From assembly GCA_038063915.1 (NCBI GenBank), contig JBBTUE010000005.1:10547-74546 (forward strand): a stretch of DNA of 64,000 bases, written 5' to 3'. Below, one piece after another: positions 38,960 through 49,690 of this stretch (position 1 is the first letter of the stretch; each line of letters starts with the position of its first letter). This stretch comes from Patescibacteria group bacterium (GTDB lineage: Bacteria; Patescibacteriota; Minisyncoccia; Phycocordibacterales; UBA9973). The notes under the pieces are model-generated. The model was not told the origin of the DNA. It saw nothing but the letters and a program-made list of their open reading frames with translations, and searched no databases. The translations under genes and the position numbers were made by a program.

Positions 38960-40912
38960 CTATAGCAAATCCTCGGGGTCTACGTTGATGGAGAATGATG
39001 GAGGGAGGCTAAATAGGATATCAGCGAGGTGGGAATGCTCAGGTTTGCGCTCGGCTGTTGGCAACTGCCATCCCTCTCTATCCACTTTTATCACAGTGTT
39101 TGTAATGTATTGCCCTTTTACTTTACCAATAAATGCGCTAAATATCTGAGGGTCGTAAATCTCAAGAGTGCTATTTAGGTAGTTTCTGGCTTTCTCGGTC
39201 TCACTTGCACTGCCAGAGAAAGTGATTTTTATAAGTCGCTTGAATGGTGGATAGCCGAAACTTTTTCTCTCTTTCAAATCTTCACGATAAAGAGGCAAGA
39301 CATTGCCAGAGAGTATGTATGTCAGTATCTGGCTCTCTGGTATACGCGTTTGGATAATAAGATTGCGAGTTGTAATGTAGTGGAGTTTTTCGATGATGTG
39401 GAGAATCTTTTGAGTAATATTAAAAGAGGGAATTGAGAGAAGTCCATCGAGCGAAATGATAGCACTATGAGTGACGGCACTGTGGAGATAAGTGAAAGCC
39501 ATCTCTGTGCCGATGAGGATACTGCCTGGCTTCTTGTAGAATGTATTGATAGTACTAAGGGCTTCTTTATCAGTGGGAGTCGTCTCTTTATCTATTTGCA
39601 AGACATTTGCTTTTGGGAACAAATCTCGCACTTCTTCATACACACGATCAGTGCCTATGCCAAGTGGAGTTAGGTTCCAACTCCCGCAATTTTTGCATTT
39701 CACTTCCGTGGTCTCTTTATGGCCGCACTTATTGCACATAAATACGCGAGTGTTCTCTATCTTGGTCGAAGTGCGTTGCTTGGCGCCATAAAGTACGACA
39801 GGGTTTGAGCAATTTGGGCACAGGATCGTATGTCCGCAATCGTGGCAAACAGTGACTCCAGCTAGACCTTTACGTACTGAAAATAAGAATACGGATTCAT
39901 TGTTCATCAGCGCATGCTCAATCATTTTCTTTGTTTTATCGGATAGGACTTTAAATTTTTTTCCTCCCTTCTCGTCTAATTCTTCCTTCATATCTATAAC
40001 TATTTGTCTTTCAACCTCAGGTAGCCGAAAAAGAGGGGAAGCTATTTCGCCGAGCTCATCTTGGTCACGACGATAAAGGGTATCAGGTCGGAGCAGTGTG
40101 TCGCCAAAAATTAATTTGGATTTATTTATTGAAGATAAGACTTCTACAAAGCTACGTATGTCTACATAGGGTTTGGTCCACTGCTTGTAAGTGTCCGAGC
40201 TTTCATGCTCGAGGATGATGGTTTTGATATCTCTGCGGGGGATAGAGAGGAACATGCCAGTGCCGATAATAAGTATTGGGTGGGGTTGGGCCAAGCTCGC
40301 GTTATACGAAGAGATGGAGCTCTTTTTTGTCATATCTCCATGGAAGGTGAATACGTATTGCTCGATACCTTTTATCAAGCTCGCCTGCCATTCGTTTATA
40401 TCGTATCTAGTTGGTACACATAAAAATACCGACTCCTTCTTTGCAAATGCCTCCCTAATGAGAGTACGATAAAAAGCCAGTCTATCTGGAGTTAGTGCTT
40501 GGAAAATTAGTTTTTCATGTTTTATATTCTCTGGCCTATCAATAGTTTCAACTGTTTCTAGTTCCTTCAAATCTTTTATGTTATCCAAAAATACACTAGG
40601 TAGCATATTTTGGATCACACTGCCTGTCGAGCTTATTACATAATCTTTCATACGCTCACAGGCGATAAAGAATTCTTTTGTAAAAGGCGAGCGACCTTTT
40701 ACGCCAATTATTTTCTTTAGTTGATACTTGGCGCTTTTTAAATCAGTTTTTTTGGAGCGAGCATCCTCCATGCTTATAACGATGGCGTCTATAGTTTTTG
40801 CTCGCACAGGCACAGTCACAATAGTCCCAAGTGGTATATCTTGCAGAGAAAAATATGACAGATACTCTTTCTGAATTCCTTTCTTTATAGGTATGACTGT
40901 AGCTATATACAT
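38960..40912 (-). CDS. priA: Primosomal protein PriA with degenerate helicase motifs
   Basis: 3' DNA-binding N-terminus, four CxxC pairs, GIGTDRV, YPPF. Confidence 0.9.
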   Translation of the reverse strand: MYIATVIPIKKGIQKEYLSYFSLQDIPLGTIVTVPVRAKTIDAIVISMEDARSKKTDLKSAKYQLKKIIGVKGRSPFTKEFFIACERMKDYVISSTGSVIQNMLPSVFLDNIKDLKELETVETIDRPENIKHEKLIFQALTPDRLAFYRTLIREAFAKKESVFLCVPTRYDINEWQASLIKGIEQYVFTFHGDMTKKSSISSYNASLAQPHPILIIGTGMFLSIPRRDIKTIILEHESSDTYKQWTKPYVDIRSFVEVLSSINKSKLIFGDTLLRPDTLYRRDQDELGEIASPLFRLPEVERQIVIDMKEELDEKGGKKFKVLSDKTKKMIEHALMNNESVFLFSVRKGLAGVTVCHDCGHTILCPNCSNPVVLYGAKQRTSTKIENTRVFMCNKCGHKETTEVKCKNCGSWNLTPLGIGTDRVYEEVRDLFPKANVLQIDKETTPTDKEALSTINTFYKKPGSILIGTEMAFTYLHSAVTHSAIISLDGLLSIPSFNITQKILHIIEKLHYITTRNLIIQTRIPESQILTYILSGNVLPLYREDLKERKSFGYPPFKRLIKITFSGSASETEKARNYLNSTLEIYDPQIFSAFIGKVKGQYITNTVIKVDREGWQLPTAERKPEHSHLADILFSLPPSFSINVDPEDLL

Positions 40913-40955
40913 ACCCTTATCCTAGCATAACTTCTATGCTATAGTAGACTCACAT

Positions 40956-41969
40956 ATGGCATTTTTTTCTAAAAAATTGGGAATAGATCTCGGCACAGCC
41001 AATACGCTCGTGTACCTGCCAAACAAGGGGATTATCCTAAATGAGCCCTCTGTTGTGGCTGTCTCTGAGCAGGACAATACAATACTTGCTATTGGAGCTG
41101 AGGCCAAAGACATGATAGGCAAGACCCCTGATAGTATTATCGTCTATCGCCCAATGAAAGATGGAGTTATAGCAGACTACCGAGTGACCGAAGCAATGCT
41201 CCGCTACTTCATAAATAAGGCCCTTGGTAAATATAATTTATTCAAACCAGATGTCATGGTCTCTGTACCCGCAGGAATTACTTCGACCGAGCGTCGTGCG
41301 GTTGTCGAAGCGGCAGTCCGTGCCGGAGCAAAGAATGCATACGTAGTCAAAGAGCCTATACTTGCAGCTATCGGGGCAGGTATTCCAATACATGAATCGA
41401 AAGGACATATGATAATGGATATAGGTGGAGGCACGACTGATATTGCTGTTATCTCGCTCGGAGGAATAGTAGCTTCAACTTCAGTTAAATGTGCTGGTGA
41501 CAAGATTGACCAAGCTATAGCCGACTATATAAAGAAAACTTTCAACCTCGCTATCGGGGATAAGACGGCGGAGGCAATAAAAGTAAAAATTGGCGCAGCC
41601 GTACCTCTTGAAGAAGAACTCACTATTACTATCAAGGGCCGTGACTATATCCAAGGTTTACCTCGCACTGCCCAAATATCTACCAACGAAGTAGTGCGCG
41701 CAATCGACAAAGAACTTCGGACTATGGTCAGTGCTATCAAAGATGTCTTATCACAGACTCCACCCGAGCTTGCCGCAGACATTATTGATGACGGTATAAT
41801 TATGACAGGTGGCTCATCTCAGCTTCGTAATCTTGCCGATCTAGTATATCGTCGTACTGGAGTCAAAGCCTATGTGGCCGACGAACCACTTCTATGCGTT
41901 GCCCGAGGCACAGGTGAAGCCCTCAATCATTTGGATACTTACAAGAAGACAATTATAAGTAAAAGGTAA
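40956..41969 (+). CDS. mreB: Rod shape-determining protein MreB/Mbl
   Basis: GIDLGTANT, EPSVVA, DIGGGTTD, TGG. Confidence 0.97.
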   Translation: MAFFSKKLGIDLGTANTLVYLPNKGIILNEPSVVAVSEQDNTILAIGAEAKDMIGKTPDSIIVYRPMKDGVIADYRVTEAMLRYFINKALGKYNLFKPDVMVSVPAGITSTERRAVVEAAVRAGAKNAYVVKEPILAAIGAGIPIHESKGHMIMDIGGGTTDIAVISLGGIVASTSVKCAGDKIDQAIADYIKKTFNLAIGDKTAEAIKVKIGAAVPLEEELTITIKGRDYIQGLPRTAQISTNEVVRAIDKELRTMVSAIKDVLSQTPPELAADIIDDGIIMTGGSSQLRNLADLVYRRTGVKAYVADEPLLCVARGTGEALNHLDTYKKTIISKR

Positions 41970-41971
41970 AA

Positions 41972-42670
41972 ATGGATAAATTTAAAGATTTATTCCCGAG
42001 TAATCTGTATCATAGCTATGTCGTAGAAGGTAACCCTAGTTCGGCTCCAGGGGAACTTCGGGAATTTTTCGAGCATCGTGGTGATATAGAAATACAAAGT
42101 CCTGACACTTTTTTCCAAATTTGCGATTCGTTTACAATGGACGATAGTAGTAAATTAAAAGAGTGGCACTCTCTTCTCGGTACAAGTGGGGGTAAACGCA
42201 TGTGCATCATCGGTGCCAAATTTATCAATCACGACGCCGAGAGAACATTACTTAAAATTATAGAGGAACCTGCCGAGGGTACCCACTTTTTTATAATTGT
42301 GCCAAACTCGCAAATATTGCAGGATACTATACTCTCCAGAGTGCATATAGTAAAGACCACTCCATCAGAAAATAATCTTTTAAAAATTAGCACAACAGAA
42401 TTTATAAAGTCTACATTGAAAGAAAGGATAGATAGTATTGCTAAAATTATTGATGAACACAAAGATGAGGAAGGCAGTGGTGGAATAAGATATAGAGCTA
42501 TAGAATTCGTAAATAGTTTAGAGAAAACTGTTTACGAAAAATGGAAATCGGACAAGCAAAATAATAATCTCCAATTTTCACTCGAAGAGCTTGCTCGTGC
42601 CCGCGATTTTCTGTCTACACCGGGGGCTTCTGCCAAAATGATTTTAGAACATATCGCCCTTGTGCTATAA
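41972..42670 (+). CDS. holB: DNA polymerase III delta'-like subunit (degenerate)
   Basis: HSYVVEG, A.RTLLKIIEEP, TILSR. Confidence 0.75.
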   Translation: MDKFKDLFPSNLYHSYVVEGNPSSAPGELREFFEHRGDIEIQSPDTFFQICDSFTMDDSSKLKEWHSLLGTSGGKRMCIIGAKFINHDAERTLLKIIEEPAEGTHFFIIVPNSQILQDTILSRVHIVKTTPSENNLLKISTTEFIKSTLKERIDSIAKIIDEHKDEEGSGGIRYRAIEFVNSLEKTVYEKWKSDKQNNNLQFSLEELARARDFLSTPGASAKMILEHIALVL

Positions 42671-42681
42671 TCTAGGAGTTT

Positions 42682-43215
42682 ATGAGTTATAACACTACGA
42701 ATTTCAAACAAGAATTAAAGCATATTGAGGAATGGCTCTCGAGGGAGTATTCACAAGTTCACACTGGTCGTGCTACGCCAATGGTACTTGATTCTATTAT
42801 GGTAGAGAGCTATGGGTCTCACATGCCGATCAAGAACGTCGCAGGGATTACTATTGAAGATCCGAAAACTCTTCGCATAGCTCCATGGGACAAAAATCAG
42901 ATCAAAGATATTGAGACGGCTATCGCTTCGGCAAATCTTGGGCTTAGCGTAGTGTCAGATAGCGATGGTGTGCGAGTAATATTCCCAATGCTCACTACCG
43001 AGAATAGAGCAAAGCTCGCAAAGATTTTGAAAGAAAAGCTAGAAGACGGGCGTATAAGCGTCCGAAAGGAGCGAGGGGATGAGATGAATAAAATTGGCGA
43101 CCTAAGTGAAGACGAAGAGAAACGTGCCAAAGATGATATCCAGAAATGCGTCGATGAAGCAAATAAAAATCTTGAAGCAATTTTTGCTAAGAAGGAGACA
43201 GAGGTTATGCATTAG
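42682..43215 (+). CDS. frr: Ribosome recycling factor
   Basis: TGRATP..LD, PWDK, P.LT.E.R, AKKE.EVM. Confidence 0.95.
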   Translation: MSYNTTNFKQELKHIEEWLSREYSQVHTGRATPMVLDSIMVESYGSHMPIKNVAGITIEDPKTLRIAPWDKNQIKDIETAIASANLGLSVVSDSDGVRVIFPMLTTENRAKLAKILKEKLEDGRISVRKERGDEMNKIGDLSEDEEKRAKDDIQKCVDEANKNLEAIFAKKETEVMH

Positions 43216-44312
43216 TGATGAATATTATAATTTTTCTAATAATTTTACTTGTACTTGTTGTGTCCCATGAATGGGGCCACTTTATTGTTGCCAAGAAAAG
43301 TGGAATACGAGTAGATGAATTTTCTTTTGGATTTCCTCCAAAGCTTTTTGGTGTTAAAAGAGGAGAGACGTCATACAATTTCAATGCGCTTCCGTTTGGT
43401 GGATATGTGAAAATTTTCGGAGAGAACCCAAATGAAGAATCGTTAAATGGACCAGATAGTAAGAGAAGTTTTGTAAACAAACCTTGGTACACTCAAGCTT
43501 CAGTATTAGTCGCTGGAGTTGTGATGAATTTTATTGTTGCATGGATATTACTCTCGATTGGATTTATGTCTGGCTTGCCGTCATCTGCAGGTCAAGTTCC
43601 AGAGGGTACTGTACTATCTAATCAAGCTCTGACTATCACGAGCGTACTTGCGGGTTCACCTGCTGAGAAAGGGCAGTTGAAAGTTGGCGATAAGATTACG
43701 CTTATGAAAGCGGGAGATGATGCGACAGAGACTCCTTCGACTACTAGTGTGCAATATTTTATAAAGAAGCATGGCAATGAGCCAATTACGATTTCATATT
43801 TACGAGGATCTGAGACAAAAGAAGTAATCGTCACTCCTGAAATTACAAAAACATCCGATACTCCTATGATAGGTATATCGATGGATATAATTGGTAATCT
43901 TAAACTCCCAGTTCATAAAGCGCTATTTGAGGGATTAAAATTGTCTTGGGACCTAGTTGTCGCTACAGTCCAAGGTTTCTATCATCTTATATATGATGGA
44001 CTAAGTGGCCATGGAAGCTTGGCTGGAATCACTGGTCCGATAGGCATAGTCGGAGTTGTAGGCGATGCGGCAAGCTTTGGATTTATCTACCTTCTATCAT
44101 TCACAGCCCTGATATCTATAAATCTTGCAGTTATAAATCTGATTCCATTCCCAGCGCTCGATGGGGGACGATTGCTCTTCTTACTTATTGAAAAAATAAA
44201 AGGCTCACGCATAACTCCTAAGATCGCAAACACAGCGAACGTGATCGGATTTGGACTACTTATGATTCTAATGGTAGTAATAACCTATAACGATATAGTG
44301 AAGTTGTTGTAA
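43215..44312 (+). CDS. rseP: RseP-type M50 intramembrane metalloprotease with PDZ domain
   Basis: HEWGH, PFGGYV, NLIPFPALDGG. Confidence 0.95.
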   Translation: MMNIIIFLIILLVLVVSHEWGHFIVAKKSGIRVDEFSFGFPPKLFGVKRGETSYNFNALPFGGYVKIFGENPNEESLNGPDSKRSFVNKPWYTQASVLVAGVVMNFIVAWILLSIGFMSGLPSSAGQVPEGTVLSNQALTITSVLAGSPAEKGQLKVGDKITLMKAGDDATETPSTTSVQYFIKKHGNEPITISYLRGSETKEVIVTPEITKTSDTPMIGISMDIIGNLKLPVHKALFEGLKLSWDLVVATVQGFYHLIYDGLSGHGSLAGITGPIGIVGVVGDAASFGFIYLLSFTALISINLAVINLIPFPALDGGRLLFLLIEKIKGSRITPKIANTANVIGFGLLMILMVVITYNDIVKLL

Positions 44313-44334
44313 AAATTGACTCATTTAGACTCCT

Positions 44335-44363
44335 AATACCCTTGGATCTAAAGGGTATTTTTT
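44335..44363 (+). terminator. Intrinsic terminator
   Basis: AATACCCTT-GGATCTA-AAGGGTATTTTTT. Confidence 0.7.
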
Positions 44364-44449
44364 ATTGACAATATCTGCAATTATGATATAATACGGGAAA
44401 ATAAATTAGGACTCAAAACTTAAATTTCTGAACCTCGTAAACCATTTAT

Positions 44450-45253
44450 ATGAAAAATATTCTTTTTCTTATGTTGATTTGCATGGCTTGCTCTTCATCA
44501 GTAACTGAGGAGACCACCTCAAGTAAAAAAAATCTGAAAGCGAAGCCTATCCAGTTGGGGTTTACCCAAAAATTTCCTGATCCTATATTTGATAACCTGA
44601 ATATGATTGGGGATGTCCAGGAGTGGGGAGTTCCTGGTGATGCCGGCAAAATTAGCCGTTCACTCCGGTTTAAAAACATAACCGCAGCAGTTGAAAAGAA
44701 GTACGGTTTGCCATCTGGATGTCTAATGGCTATGATCTGTCAGGAATCATCTGGTGCCGATTTATTGCCAAATAGTGGCGATGACGGTGGCTATGGTCTC
44801 GTTCACATGCAGCCTTGTACTGCCCGTGAATTTGGACTCAAAACATATGCAAATTGCAACGAACTCATTTGTAAGGAGCATGCAAGGAAGTTGGAAAAAA
44901 TCATCGAAGAAAACAATTACGATCGTAAGAAAGTAATAAAATTCGATGACCGCCTACACCCTATTCTAAATATAGATGCAGCAGGAAGAATGGTTGCATA
45001 CTATAAGAAAAAAGGAGGATTTGACTACGCCATGAAAAAATATTCAGGCAGGGCAGGTTACGCTTCGCAAATCAAGCGTTTCATGAAGTTGTTAAATTCC
45101 GCAAAGTACATTAAGGCTTTGAGTAAGCGTTTCAACGCTGATAACCCTGAACTTAAATGCAACGGGAAGAAAATTGATTTTGATGGATACTTAGCAAAGT
45201 CCCGCCAACAAAATTACAACTATGGTCTTCAGAAATATATAGACCATAAGTAA
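44450..45253 (+). CDS. Secreted/lipoprotein lytic transglycosylase (SLT, lysozyme-like)
   Basis: MAC lipobox-like signal, AMICQESSG, GLVHMQP.TA, NIDAAGR, YSG. Confidence 0.75.
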   Translation: MKNILFLMLICMACSSSVTEETTSSKKNLKAKPIQLGFTQKFPDPIFDNLNMIGDVQEWGVPGDAGKISRSLRFKNITAAVEKKYGLPSGCLMAMICQESSGADLLPNSGDDGGYGLVHMQPCTAREFGLKTYANCNELICKEHARKLEKIIEENNYDRKKVIKFDDRLHPILNIDAAGRMVAYYKKKGGFDYAMKKYSGRAGYASQIKRFMKLLNSAKYIKALSKRFNADNPELKCNGKKIDFDGYLAKSRQQNYNYGLQKYIDHK

Positions 45254-45271
45254 AATAACTAAAAAGAAAAA

Positions 45272-45300
45272 CCTCTCCGATGACTCGGAGAGGCCTTTTT
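45272..45300 (+). terminator. Intrinsic terminator
   Basis: CCTCTCCGA-TGAC-TCGGAGAGG followed by a T-tract. Confidence 0.8.
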
Positions 45301-45374
45301 ATTTACATTTATCAAAATCTATGATACAGTGATTAGACATTTCGCCACGAGGCGATTTTATTTTAACTAAAATT

Positions 45375-47195
45375 ATGAAACCAACAGAAATTAGAAATAT
45401 AGCCATCATCGCTCACGTTGACCACGGTAAGACTACTCTTACGGATGAGCTGATGAAGCAGTGTGGTATGAGTGAAGTTGGTGTCACTATGGATTCAAAC
45501 GCTATTGAGCAAGAGCGAGGGATTACTATTTACTCAAAAAATACTTCAGTAAACTACAAAGGTACAAAGATTAATATTGTCGACACCCCCGGCCACGCGG
45601 ATTTCGGCTCTGAAGTTGAGCGCGTGCTTCGTGCGATTGATTCTGTACTACTCCTTGTCGATGCCCAAGAAGGTCCTATGCCCCAGACTCGCTTTGTGTT
45701 AAAGAAGTCACTTGAGCTTGGGCTTAAACCAATAGTAATTATAAATAAGATAGACAAGCCAGCTGCCAATCCAGCCTGTGTTCACGATGAGATACTCGAG
45801 CTTTTTATCGAACTCGGCGCTACAAATGAACAAATAGATTTCAAAACGATGTACGCTATCGGACGCCAAGGCATAGCCAAGCTAAGTCTCGATGACGAGT
45901 CAAAAGATCTCACACCTCTTCTTGATCTAATACTTGCCGAAGTTCCCGAAGCTTCGACCAATAAAGACAAACCATTCCAAGCTCAAGTTTTCAATCTGGG
46001 CTATGACAACTTTTTAGGTCGTCTAGCTATTGCCCGTGCGTATGCAGGATCTATAAAAGTAGGCGCTCAAATAATAGTCAAAGATGAAGCTGGCAATTCT
46101 CGTAACACCAAAATAACTAAAATTTTCACATTCGAAGGTATTGCCCGCAAAGAAGTAGATACATTAAATACAGGTGATATTGCAATAATTGCTGGGATTC
46201 CAGATATTTTTATAGGAGAGACTATTGCTAATAGTGTGGATACACCGGCACTTCCATCTATCGCAATTGACGAGCCGACAATTTCCCTAAATTTTCTAGT
46301 CAATGATTCTCCGTTTGCTGGACGGGAAGGCAAGTATGTAACGAGCCGTCAGATACGCGAACGCTTGGAGAAAGAGCTAGAGATAAATGTGGGACTACGA
46401 ATAAATTTTGATACACCAGATCTCGAAGAAGTTCAGGAAGGTTTTTTGGTCTATGGACGTGGCGAATTGCATATCGCGGTGCTACTTGAGAATATGCGCC
46501 GAGAAGGATATGAACTTCAAGTTTCTCAACCACATGTAATTATTAAAGAAGAGAATGGAAAAAAATTAGAACCATACGAAGAAGTCACTATTGATGTCCG
46601 TCAAGAATTTTCTGGATCAGTGATCGAGAAGTTAACTGCACGTCGTGGAATGATTACAAGTATGCATGAGAAAGAAGGTATTGTGCGCCTGCTCATAGAA
46701 ATTCCGACTCGCGGATTACTCGGCTATCGTGGACAATTTGTTGTAGATACAAAAGGCGAAGGTATACTCGCGTCACGATTTATCGGATTCAAGGATTACG
46801 CAGGTGAGATAAAAAAACGCGATGTCGGATCTATGACTTCAATGGTAGGTGGAAAGGCGGTAGCTTTTTCTTTGTGGAATCTTCAAGACAGAGGAGTACT
46901 ATATATAGAGCATGGTACAGAAGTTTATGAAGGTATGGTTGTCGGTAATGTTACCAAGGGTGATGAGATGGTAGTTAATCCAATTAAAGGTAAACAATTA
47001 TCAAATATGCGCGCCTCTGGTACAGATGAGGCAGTGACAGTAAAGCCACCATATAAATTATCAATTGAGAGAGGATTGGAGGTCATGGCTGACGATGAAT
47101 ACCTAGAAATTACACCAAACAATGTCCGATTACGCAAGAAATTGCTCACAGAGCAGAGCAGGTCAAAATATAAGACCGCGAGTAAGAAGGAATAA
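45375..47195 (+). CDS. typA: Translational GTPase TypA/BipA
   Basis: [36 protein letters not shown]. Confidence 0.97.
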   Translation: MKPTEIRNIAIIAHVDHGKTTLTDELMKQCGMSEVGVTMDSNAIEQERGITIYSKNTSVNYKGTKINIVDTPGHADFGSEVERVLRAIDSVLLLVDAQEGPMPQTRFVLKKSLELGLKPIVIINKIDKPAANPACVHDEILELFIELGATNEQIDFKTMYAIGRQGIAKLSLDDESKDLTPLLDLILAEVPEASTNKDKPFQAQVFNLGYDNFLGRLAIARAYAGSIKVGAQIIVKDEAGNSRNTKITKIFTFEGIARKEVDTLNTGDIAIIAGIPDIFIGETIANSVDTPALPSIAIDEPTISLNFLVNDSPFAGREGKYVTSRQIRERLEKELEINVGLRINFDTPDLEEVQEGFLVYGRGELHIAVLLENMRREGYELQVSQPHVIIKEENGKKLEPYEEVTIDVRQEFSGSVIEKLTARRGMITSMHEKEGIVRLLIEIPTRGLLGYRGQFVVDTKGEGILASRFIGFKDYAGEIKKRDVGSMTSMVGGKAVAFSLWNLQDRGVLYIEHGTEVYEGMVVGNVTKGDEMVVNPIKGKQLSNMRASGTDEAVTVKPPYKLSIERGLEVMADDEYLEITPNNVRLRKKLLTEQSRSKYKTASKKE

Positions 47196-47297
47196 TACCC
47201 TTATTTTATAAGGTATATCAAAAGAGTTGACTTTATTTCATAGTAGTGATATTATCAAACCAGTAATAATAATTATAAATTAAGATTTTAATTCCAA

Positions 47298-48329
47298 ATG
47301 GCAAACACTATCTCATTTAAACCTAAACAAGTTACCAAGCGTATGCTAGGTGGCCTGCCTGATAGAGCATATGAAGTAGTTACAAACCGTTTTGGACTCA
47401 CGGATGATGCAGAGAGAAAGACTCTAGAAGCCATTGGACAAAAATATGGCATTACACGCGAGCGTGTACGTCAGATTGAAAATGCTGCACTTATTCTCAT
47501 CCGCAAATCTTCTACATTTAAAGACGAAAAAATAGTTTTTGAAGAATTAAAGAAGCTAATGCACACACTTGGGGCAGTTGTCTCAGAGAATGAATTATTA
47601 AATCATATTTCCAAAGACAAACTTACTCAGAATCATATCCACCTATATCTAACACTTGGTGATGATTTTACAAAACATAAAGAAGATGAAGATTTTAAAA
47701 CAAGATGGAGTGTAGATACTGATGTAGCAGATGAAGTTCATAAATCACTAAAAAATCTGTATTCAAATTTGTCTGACGATGAATTAGTTCCAGAGGGCGA
47801 GATTGTCGCACGGTTTCTTGATGAAGTTAAAGATTTATCCGAACAATACAAGAATGAAGAAATAGCAAAGCGATGGCTGACCATGTCAAAAAATATTAGT
47901 AGGAATCCTTTGGGTGAATGGGGCAAATCTTCATCTTCCAGTATAAAGACTCGCGGGGTCAAAGATTACGCTTTTCTAATGATGAGGAAGCACGGTAGCC
48001 CTATGCATTTCCGCGAAGTCGCAAAGGCAGTATCTAATACTTTCAATAAAAAGTGCCACACTGCGACTTGCCACAATGAGCTTATAAAAGACGGCAGGTT
48101 TGTACTAGTTGGACGCGGTATTTATGCCCTCTCTGAATGGGGATACAAGTCCGGAGTAGTTAGAGATGTTATAAAGGAACTCCTAAAGAAGAATGGACCA
48201 ATGTCTAAAGAAGATATCGTAGAGCAAGTCATGAAAGAAAGGTATTTAAAGAAGAATACGATATTAGTAAACCTCCAGAATTCCAAATACTTTAAGAAAA
48301 ACAAGAGCGGACTATACGCTGTAGCCTAA
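47298..48329 (+). CDS. Sigma70 region-4 HTH fused to winged-helix (HARE-HTH/RNAP delta-like) domains
   Basis: TLEAIGQKYGITRERVRQIE; PMHFREV...TCHNELIKD.RFVLVGRGIYALSEWGY. Confidence 0.75.
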   Translation: MANTISFKPKQVTKRMLGGLPDRAYEVVTNRFGLTDDAERKTLEAIGQKYGITRERVRQIENAALILIRKSSTFKDEKIVFEELKKLMHTLGAVVSENELLNHISKDKLTQNHIHLYLTLGDDFTKHKEDEDFKTRWSVDTDVADEVHKSLKNLYSNLSDDELVPEGEIVARFLDEVKDLSEQYKNEEIAKRWLTMSKNISRNPLGEWGKSSSSSIKTRGVKDYAFLMMRKHGSPMHFREVAKAVSNTFNKKCHTATCHNELIKDGRFVLVGRGIYALSEWGYKSGVVRDVIKELLKKNGPMSKEDIVEQVMKERYLKKNTILVNLQNSKYFKKNKSGLYAVA

Positions 48330-48371
48330 AATCAAAATCACCTCCAGTCAAATGGGGGTGATTTTGATTTT
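48328..48371 (+). terminator. Intrinsic terminator
   Basis: AAAATCAAAATCACCTCCA-GTCAAA-TGGGGGTGATTTTGATTTT. Confidence 0.78.
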
Positions 48372-48391
48372 GATATGTTATAATAACAAGT

Positions 48392-49687
48392 ATGGTTGGA
48401 GATTTTTTTTCATCTCATAGTTTCAATATACTTCAAATGCTCTTGGTTGCTATAGGCTATCTGATGCCTATACCACTTTCAGTATTTGCTCTTCGAATGT
48501 GGCATCATTATAGACATGAGCGATTCATCATGGGTATCAAGTGGGTATTACTCGAGATTCAGGTTCCTCGCGATGTGATAAAAAGTCCTGCTGCTATGGA
48601 ATTGATACTTTCGAATGCCCTTTATCAGAAGACAAATAAGGGTTTTTGGGAGCAGTATATTCAAGGTGCGCCGTGGTTTTGGTTCTCGCTCGAGATGGCT
48701 TCAATTGACGGCAAGGTACATTTCTTTATTCGCAGTCCTACCCGTATGCGTGAATTAGTTGAAACGCAAATTTATGCGCAGTATCCTCAGGCTAAAGTTG
48801 TAGAAGTTGATGATTATACACTTCATGTATCACAATTCAAAAAGAATGGAGATTGGTATATGTGGGGATGTGAATATAGTAAATTGAGAGACGACTTTTT
48901 ACCTATTCGTACTTTTCGAGATATGGAAGAGATGGATAGTGGCACCAAAGAAGAATACAAGATTGATCCCATAACTCCAGTTATTGAACTACTAGGTTCA
49001 CTTCATAAAGGCCAACAGATGTGGGTGCAGATTATCATAAGACAGAATCTAAAGACCTACCACAGTCACAAGCTTAAGAAACATGTAAATTTCTATGATG
49101 CAACATACGAATATATTGAACATATGCTCCTACCTTATACTCGTTTCCAGAAGAATGATAATGGCGATACTATAGGTATGGATATGCGTACTCCAGACCC
49201 ACTAAAGAATCAGGTAAAAATAATGGTTGAAAATGCAAGCTTGATACACTTTGACTGCGGAATACGTGTCGTTACGCTGGCTGATAAGAGAGTCTGTAGT
49301 GAAGAAGATTTCAATAACTTAAGACGCAACTCTAGACTAATATGGCGTCAATATGCACAGCCAAATGTGAACGAACTCAATCGTATAAATTCAACACAAT
49401 TTGACGCACCTTGGTCCGACCCTACTGGGCTTGCATTAACGAAGATTAAAAAGAGATTACTTGATTTTTATCGCACAAGAACATTCTTCTATCCACCAAT
49501 CCAGTATAGTATTAAATATCCTAAAGTTTTGAATGCTTTTTTCCCATCCGGACGCCCTGAAATATTTGTCATGTCCTCTCGCGAACTTGCAACCATCTTT
49601 CACTTTCCAGGTATGGTCTCTGAGACTCCGAGCTTTAAGCGTATCGAATCAAAGATTGCAAAGCCACCTGCCAATTTGCCTGTATAG
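48392..49687 (+). CDS. Conserved hypothetical membrane protein (resembles the N-terminal module of CPR VirD4-like proteins)
   Basis: LLEI..PR...KSP.AME, FSLE, IYAQYP, ELATIFHFP, PPANLP. Confidence 0.6.
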   Translation: MVGDFFSSHSFNILQMLLVAIGYLMPIPLSVFALRMWHHYRHERFIMGIKWVLLEIQVPRDVIKSPAAMELILSNALYQKTNKGFWEQYIQGAPWFWFSLEMASIDGKVHFFIRSPTRMRELVETQIYAQYPQAKVVEVDDYTLHVSQFKKNGDWYMWGCEYSKLRDDFLPIRTFRDMEEMDSGTKEEYKIDPITPVIELLGSLHKGQQMWVQIIIRQNLKTYHSHKLKKHVNFYDATYEYIEHMLLPYTRFQKNDNGDTIGMDMRTPDPLKNQVKIMVENASLIHFDCGIRVVTLADKRVCSEEDFNNLRRNSRLIWRQYAQPNVNELNRINSTQFDAPWSDPTGLALTKIKKRLLDFYRTRTFFYPPIQYSIKYPKVLNAFFPSGRPEIFVMSSRELATIFHFPGMVSETPSFKRIESKIAKPPANLPV

Positions 49688-49690
49688 TAT

